A stretch of DNA of 59,159 nt from Clostridia bacterium (GTDB lineage Bacteria; Bacillota; Clostridia; Christensenellales; CAG-138): NCBI GenBank assembly GCA_036804025.1, contig DAIRTE010000004.1, forward strand, positions 1 to 59,159. Direction: 5' to 3'. Under the pieces are notes generated by a model. The model worked only from the letters and a program-made list of their open reading frames with translations, had not been told where the DNA came from and ran no database searches. A program made the translations under genes and the position numbers. This document shows, piece after piece, positions 54,918-59,159 of the stretch (position 1 is its first letter; each line of letters begins with the position of its first letter).

Positions 54918-54940
54918 ACTGAAATGCAGGTGCATTCAGT
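54918..54940. promoter_or_regulatory. Near-perfect 10-bp-arm palindrome just upstream of the SBP RBS
   Basis: ACTGAAATGCA-GG-TGCATTCAGT, with one extra base in one arm. Confidence 0.4.
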
Positions 54941-54977
54941 TTCCGTTCGTTTCCCCCGCGAAGCCACAGCCCGGTGC

Positions 54978-55952
54978 TCAGCCATTCACCCGCGCAACGC
55001 TGTCGCGCAGAATCAGTTCTGGCGGAACGAGTTCCTTGACGCGCTTCTGGCTGCCGTTCAGGCGGGCAATCAGGGTTTCGGCCAGGCGCATGCCGATTTC
55101 GTAGACCGGCTGGTGGACGGTGGTGACGTTGGGGCGAACGAGCAGGTCGTGCCCCAGTCCGTCGAAACCCACGAGGGAAAGGTCCGCGGGAATCTTCTTT
55201 CCCGCTTTGAGGATTGCGTTTGCGGCTCCGATGGCGAGGGTATCCGTTGCGCAGAAGATGCCGCTGACCTCCGGATGCTCCACAATGAGCCGCTTCATCG
55301 CGCCATATCCGCCTTCTACGTTGTTGACGGCGATGATCTGCGGGCAGGATTGGGGATCGATACCCGCTTCCTCCAGCGCGCGGCGGTAGCCCAACGTACG
55401 GTCGAGGGTATAGTCCTTGTCTTCGTCAACATTGATCATTGCGACGTGGCGGTGCCCGTTTTCAATGAGCAGCTGCGTTACTCTTTTTGCGCCCAGCGTG
55501 TTGTCCACGTCGATGCAGTCGATATCCGGGTGCTCCGTGTGCCCAAAGAGCACGAGTGGGCGATTGCGTTCATTCGTGTATTGGTAGATCTGTTTGACTT
55601 CGTCCTTTAATAAACCCGTGGCGATGTAGCCGTCGCAGAGATGCTCGTTGTCCAGCTCTCGCCGAATGAGAAAGGAGTATACGTGCTTGCTGAGCACCTC
55701 GCTGATCCCCGCGACAAAGTGCATGACAAATGGGTTGGTCAGATCGATGGCGGCGGGAACGTAGACCGCGATGATTCCAATCTTGTTGGAAGCCAGCGCA
55801 CGGGCAACCGGGTTTTGAACATAGTTGAGTTCGTTGAGCGCGCGTTCCACCTTTTCGCGCGTAGCAGGCTTCACCAGCTCCGGTGAATTGATGACCCGCG
55901 ACACCGTAATGATGGATACGCCGGCGAGCTTAGCAACATCTTCAAGTCTCAT
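54978..55952 (-). CDS. LacI-family transcriptional regulator
   Basis: MRLEDVAKLAGVSIITVSRVIN HTH, followed by a periplasmic-binding-protein-like effector domain. 324 aa. Confidence 0.92.
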   Translation of the reverse strand: MRLEDVAKLAGVSIITVSRVINSPELVKPATREKVERALNELNYVQNPVARALASNKIGIIAVYVPAAIDLTNPFVMHFVAGISEVLSKHVYSFLIRRELDNEHLCDGYIATGLLKDEVKQIYQYTNERNRPLVLFGHTEHPDIDCIDVDNTLGAKRVTQLLIENGHRHVAMINVDEDKDYTLDRTLGYRRALEEAGIDPQSCPQIIAVNNVEGGYGAMKRLIVEHPEVSGIFCATDTLAIGAANAILKAGKKIPADLSLVGFDGLGHDLLVRPNVTTVHQPVYEIGMRLAETLIARLNGSQKRVKELVPPELILRDSVARVNG

Positions 55953-55975
55953 TCGATTATCAACTGCCTTTACAA

Positions 55976-55993
55976 AATGATAGCGCTATCATT
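55976..55993. promoter_or_regulatory. LacI-family / cre-type operator O1, overlapping the lacI-family gene -10
   Basis: Perfect 18-bp palindrome AATGATAGCGCTATCATT whose core fits TGWNANCGNTNWCA. On the minus strand TGGTATAAT overlaps its edge. Confidence 0.7.
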
Positions 55994-56030
55994 ATACCAG
56001 AAAAAGAAAAGCGGGAACAGATCAATTTGA

Positions 56031-56048
56031 AATGTTAGCGCTATCATT
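56031..56048. promoter_or_regulatory. LacI-family / cre-type operator O2
   Basis: AATGTTAGCGCTATCATT, one mismatch to O1. Centres are 55 bp apart. Confidence 0.65.
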
Positions 56049-56321
56049 TTTGACAACTTGATACTAGCACATGCTTTTTCCAAAAGCAATACAGAATTCG
56101 AAAATGATTTGACTTTTTTCTGCCGGAACGGATTTCGGTTTGAACGGCATGTTAAAATAGTCCAATGCAACACGCCAAATTCGTACAATCGCGATAGGGG
56201 GAAAAGGCGGGGAGGATGTATTATAATATAGATATCTGGCACTATACCAAAAGGTTCATTGCAAGTCATTCGAAACGATGCCGACGCAGACGACCGCTAC
56301 CCTGACACATCCGGGAGAATT

Positions 56322-58097
56322 ATGAAACAGCCGATCATACGGGGTTCCATTCGGAGAAAATTATTCTACAGCATGTTGGCCTTGAGCGTTTGCATCACGG
56401 CGGCGGTTACGATTGTCGCGCTCATCAGCACATACGGCACCATGCGCGAGCAGCTGATCTACGACCGGCGCACCAACATCGGCTGGCTGGAGAATCGTCT
56501 CTATCTGGAAACAAAGAGCGACATGAACCGCTTTTATGAATTTGAGGTCGACAAAACGCTGAAGAACGACGTGATGACCTGGTACACCCAGGGCAACGGC
56601 GCGGATTACTCGGCAAAGCTCGATTTGATCAACGCGCTGAATTCCGTCATCAGCCTGGACAGCAACATCAATTCGATTGACCTGTTTAACCTTGGCAACG
56701 ACACCGTCCTTCGCGCGCAGCGCTCCGGCGCAAGCATTGTGGAAACGGGCGACCTGCTGGATTCCTGGAACGCGCGCGAACAAGGATTGCAGACCAACAC
56801 GGTCTACCTGAAGGAAGGACGGGAGATTGTCGCCTATCATTTGATCCATCGCTTTTTGGACAATCGACCCGTTGCGCTGATTGCGATTCACCAGCGGCCG
56901 TATAAATTGCAGGATATCATAGCGGACATCAAGATCACGCAAAACGAATCCATTCTGATTTACAACGATCAAAACGATCTGATTGAGTCCAACTACGGAA
57001 CAAACAAGGAGATTGCGCAGGAGCGCTCGCTCGAAGTCATGCAGCAGATTGCGAGCAGCGACACCAGAGAGACCGTTTCGGACGGGAACTTCTGGTTTTA
57101 CCGCGCGGTGAATGGCGGAAAACTGCGCATCCTGCTGGTTGTTGCGGATCAGGCGATTGTTGCGTCGCTGCAAAAAACGCTGATTGCGGGCATATTGGTT
57201 GCGCTCGCCGCGGTGCTTGCCGCGGTTGCCGCTTCGGCGGCGTTTGCGAGGTTTTTATCCAAACCGCTGATCGAACTCGCCGGGAGCATGGGCAGTATTC
57301 GGCTCGACAGCTCGCAGCATCTTGCGCGCAGCAATCGGGACGACGAGATCGGGCTACTGCAAAACAGCTTTGTCGACATGGCGGAGCGAACGCAAAACCT
57401 GATTGCGAGCGAGTATATCGCAAAAATTGAAAAGCGAAACGCACAATTACGCGCCTTGCAGGCGCAGATCAACCCACATTTTATCTACAACACGTTGCAG
57501 GCCGTCGGCGGCATGGCGCTGAAGCACGGCGTGCCGGGGATCTACGAGGTTACGCTGAACCTGATCGATATCATGCGCTATTCGCTGAATTTCTCCAAGG
57601 ATCGCGTTCGTCTGGGCGATGAACTGAAGTATCTGCAAAGCTATCTGCAAATTCAGAATCTGCGCTTTGGCAAGCGGCTCGACCTTTCATTTGACGCGCC
57701 GGAGGATTGCTTTGAGTACCTTGTGCCAAAGCTGATTCTCCAGCCGCTCGTGGAGAACTGCTTTGAACACGGGCTTGCGGAACGCGCAGGCCGCTGGACG
57801 GTGACCGTGTCGGCGCAGGTACGCGGGAACGACCTCTTTTTGAGCGTAACCGACAACGGGGTAGGAATTCCGCTCGAAAAGCTGGAGCAGATTCGCGCCG
57901 AACTCGAAAAGGAAGCGGATTCCTCCCTGCGGGGGGCGGAGCATATCGGCCTGACAAACGTCAACGCGCGGATTCGCCTGATGTTTGCCGGAGAGGACTA
58001 CGGGCTGACGATTGACAGCAGTCCGGACATGGGCACGAGCATCACCGTGCGCCTGCGCGCTGTGAAGGAAGGCGAGGGAAACGATGTGCAGCTATAG
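56322..58097 (+). CDS. Sensor histidine kinase, YesM-type (two TM + HAMP + His_kinase + HATPase)
   Basis: Start trimmed to MKQPIIRG (RBS GGGAGAA). TM segments. HAMP region. INPHFIYNTL H-box. ATPase blocks LILQPLVENCFEHG and DNGVGIP. Confidence 0.9.
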   Translation: MKQPIIRGSIRRKLFYSMLALSVCITAAVTIVALISTYGTMREQLIYDRRTNIGWLENRLYLETKSDMNRFYEFEVDKTLKNDVMTWYTQGNGADYSAKLDLINALNSVISLDSNINSIDLFNLGNDTVLRAQRSGASIVETGDLLDSWNAREQGLQTNTVYLKEGREIVAYHLIHRFLDNRPVALIAIHQRPYKLQDIIADIKITQNESILIYNDQNDLIESNYGTNKEIAQERSLEVMQQIASSDTRETVSDGNFWFYRAVNGGKLRILLVVADQAIVASLQKTLIAGILVALAAVLAAVAASAAFARFLSKPLIELAGSMGSIRLDSSQHLARSNRDDEIGLLQNSFVDMAERTQNLIASEYIAKIEKRNAQLRALQAQINPHFIYNTLQAVGGMALKHGVPGIYEVTLNLIDIMRYSLNFSKDRVRLGDELKYLQSYLQIQNLRFGKRLDLSFDAPEDCFEYLVPKLILQPLVENCFEHGLAERAGRWTVTVSAQVRGNDLFLSVTDNGVGIPLEKLEQIRAELEKEADSSLRGAEHIGLTNVNARIRLMFAGEDYGLTIDSSPDMGTSITVRLRAVKEGEGNDVQL

Positions 58098-59159
58098 CGT
58101 TGTAATCATAGACGACGAGCCCTGGACGCGGGAGGTAGTCAAGCACCTCGGGCGCTGGAAGGAGCTCGGGCTCACGATTGCGGGCGAGGCGTCCGACGGG
58201 GATCTCGGCTTGCAGATGGTGCGCGAGTTGCAGCCGGATATCATCCTGACCGACGTGCGGATGCCTTATCTAAACGGGATCGAGCTGATTCGCACGCTGC
58301 GGGACGAAAACAACGACGCGCAGGTCATCTTTTTCAGCGGGTATGACGACTCCGCCTACATTCGAAGCGCGCTGCGGCTCGGCGCGGACGATTATCTGCT
58401 CAAGCCGATCAAACCGAACGAGCTGAACGAGCGCCTCGAACAATGCGTGGAGGCGCGAAAACGCCGCGCGGCGGAACAAAACAAATCCGGCGCGGCTATG
58501 ACGAAGGCGCCCGGCTTCATCGACACGGCGTGGGCAAAGCCGTTTTACGTGCTTTGCGAGGCGCTGCAACTCGCGCTTCAAAGCGGGGACGTTCCCGCGG
58601 TCGAGAAAAAGCTGGCCGAGATTCGCGCGTTGATCGTTCAAAACGAGGGGGACGAGCCGCGCAGCAGTTCGCTGATTCAGGTGTATTATGCGTTGATGGG
58701 CACATTGCAGCGGTTTATCTCCAGCAGCGGATACAGTGTGGACGAGGTGTTTGGAAAAAACGACACGGCGTTTGTCTTCGGGCGAGAGAGTACCTGCGCG
58801 GCGCTGTTTCGCTTTACCAGAGAGCTGCTGCTGGTTGCAATTGAGCGCGTGTCCGACCTGACCCGCAACAGCACAAAACTCAATCTGGAAGCGGTGCGGG
58901 ACTTTGCCAAGGAGAGCTACACGCGTGGCATCACGCTCGAAGAAACGGCGGCGCATTTCTTCGTGACGAAGGAATACCTGAGCAAGGTATTCAAGATGAA
59001 GTTTGGCGAAGGGTTCACCGAATACGTGACAAAACTTCGCATGGAGCGCGCGCTGCGCCTGATGTGCGAATACGACATTGCGATCAAGGACATCGGCCCC
59101 GCGGTCGGGTATCTGGACACCGCGCATTTTTATCGGGTGTTTAAAAAACACTTTGGATT
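58084..59159 (+). CDS. Response regulator with AraC-type HTH output (YesN-type), 3' end truncated by the window
   Basis: ATG at 58084 overlaps the kinase stop. REC domain VVIIDDEP ... DIILTDVRMP ... LLKP. The C-terminal AraC HTH reaches ..AHFYRVFKKHFGI at the window end. Absent from the ORF track because no stop is reached. Confidence 0.88.
   Translation, partial: MCSYSVVIIDDEPWTREVVKHLGRWKELGLTIAGEASDGDLGLQMVRELQPDIILTDVRMPYLNGIELIRTLRDENNDAQVIFFSGYDDSAYIRSALRLGADDYLLKPIKPNELNERLEQCVEARKRRAAEQNKSGAAMTKAPGFIDTAWAKPFYVLCEALQLALQSGDVPAVEKKLAEIRALIVQNEGDEPRSSSLIQVYYALMGTLQRFISSSGYSVDEVFGKNDTAFVFGRESTCAALFRFTRELLLVAIERVSDLTRNSTKLNLEAVRDFAKESYTRGITLEETAAHFFVTKEYLSKVFKMKFGEGFTEYVTKLRMERALRLMCEYDIAIKDIGPAVGYLDTAHFYRVFKKHFG

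Noticed and set aside
56050-56055. A TTGACA box next to operator O2 as the promoter of the two-component genes.
   Set aside because: No acceptable -10 lies 16-18 nt downstream. Other candidates are TGTTAAAAT near 56150 and TATAAT at 56222, but none has convincing partners, so no promoter is called for the kinase gene.

Overview
GC-rich chromosomal segment with AT-rich intergenic regions. It looks Gram-positive and Clostridia-like: GGAGG-type ribosome-binding sites (RBS), TTGACA/TATAAT and extended -10 (TGnTATAAT-type) promoters, and lipoprotein solute-binding proteins (SBPs). I support about 50 genes, almost all in carbohydrate uptake and catabolism. No rRNA, tRNA, CRISPR array, transposase or integrase was seen. 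Left to right: (1) an XRE HTH gene coupled to a membrane Ser/Thr kinase with a leucine-rich-repeat ectodomain. (2) Three divergent Nudix-fold paralogues, one fused to an HTH, two with Zn-ribbons, driven by crossing divergent promoters. (3) An MBL-fold hydrolase, an mglBAC-like galactoside ABC transporter and an esterase. (4) A ROK regulator and a PPi-type phosphofructokinase. (5) A GH5 lipoprotein. (6) A hexuronate/glucuronide operon: uxaC, uxaE (broken by one in-frame TAG), a GPH symporter, an alpha/alpha-toroid-SCP2 fusion and a membrane-tethered GH2. (7) Class I aldolase, mntH, a tocopherol-cyclase-like protein and a two-subunit 2-oxoacid:ferredoxin oxidoreductase. (8) A divergent NagB-like / ceramidase-like pair. 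(9) The main candidate for an undescribed system: a ROK-controlled CUT2 ABC importer followed by an eight-gene operon with two DegT-family aminotransferases, two Gfo/Idh/MocA dehydrogenases, a xylose-isomerase-like TIM barrel, a CBM9-like protein, NagA and an RmlD-like reductase. I read it as a catabolic or salvage route for a (di)amino sugar or aminocyclitol. (10) A LacI-controlled CUT1 ABC transporter with two GH30 paralogues. (11) A YesM/YesN-type two-component system, cut off at the window end. Several small tandem repeats, palindromes and long leaders are listed separately. All functional calls come from motifs read by eye in the ORF translations; no database search was run.
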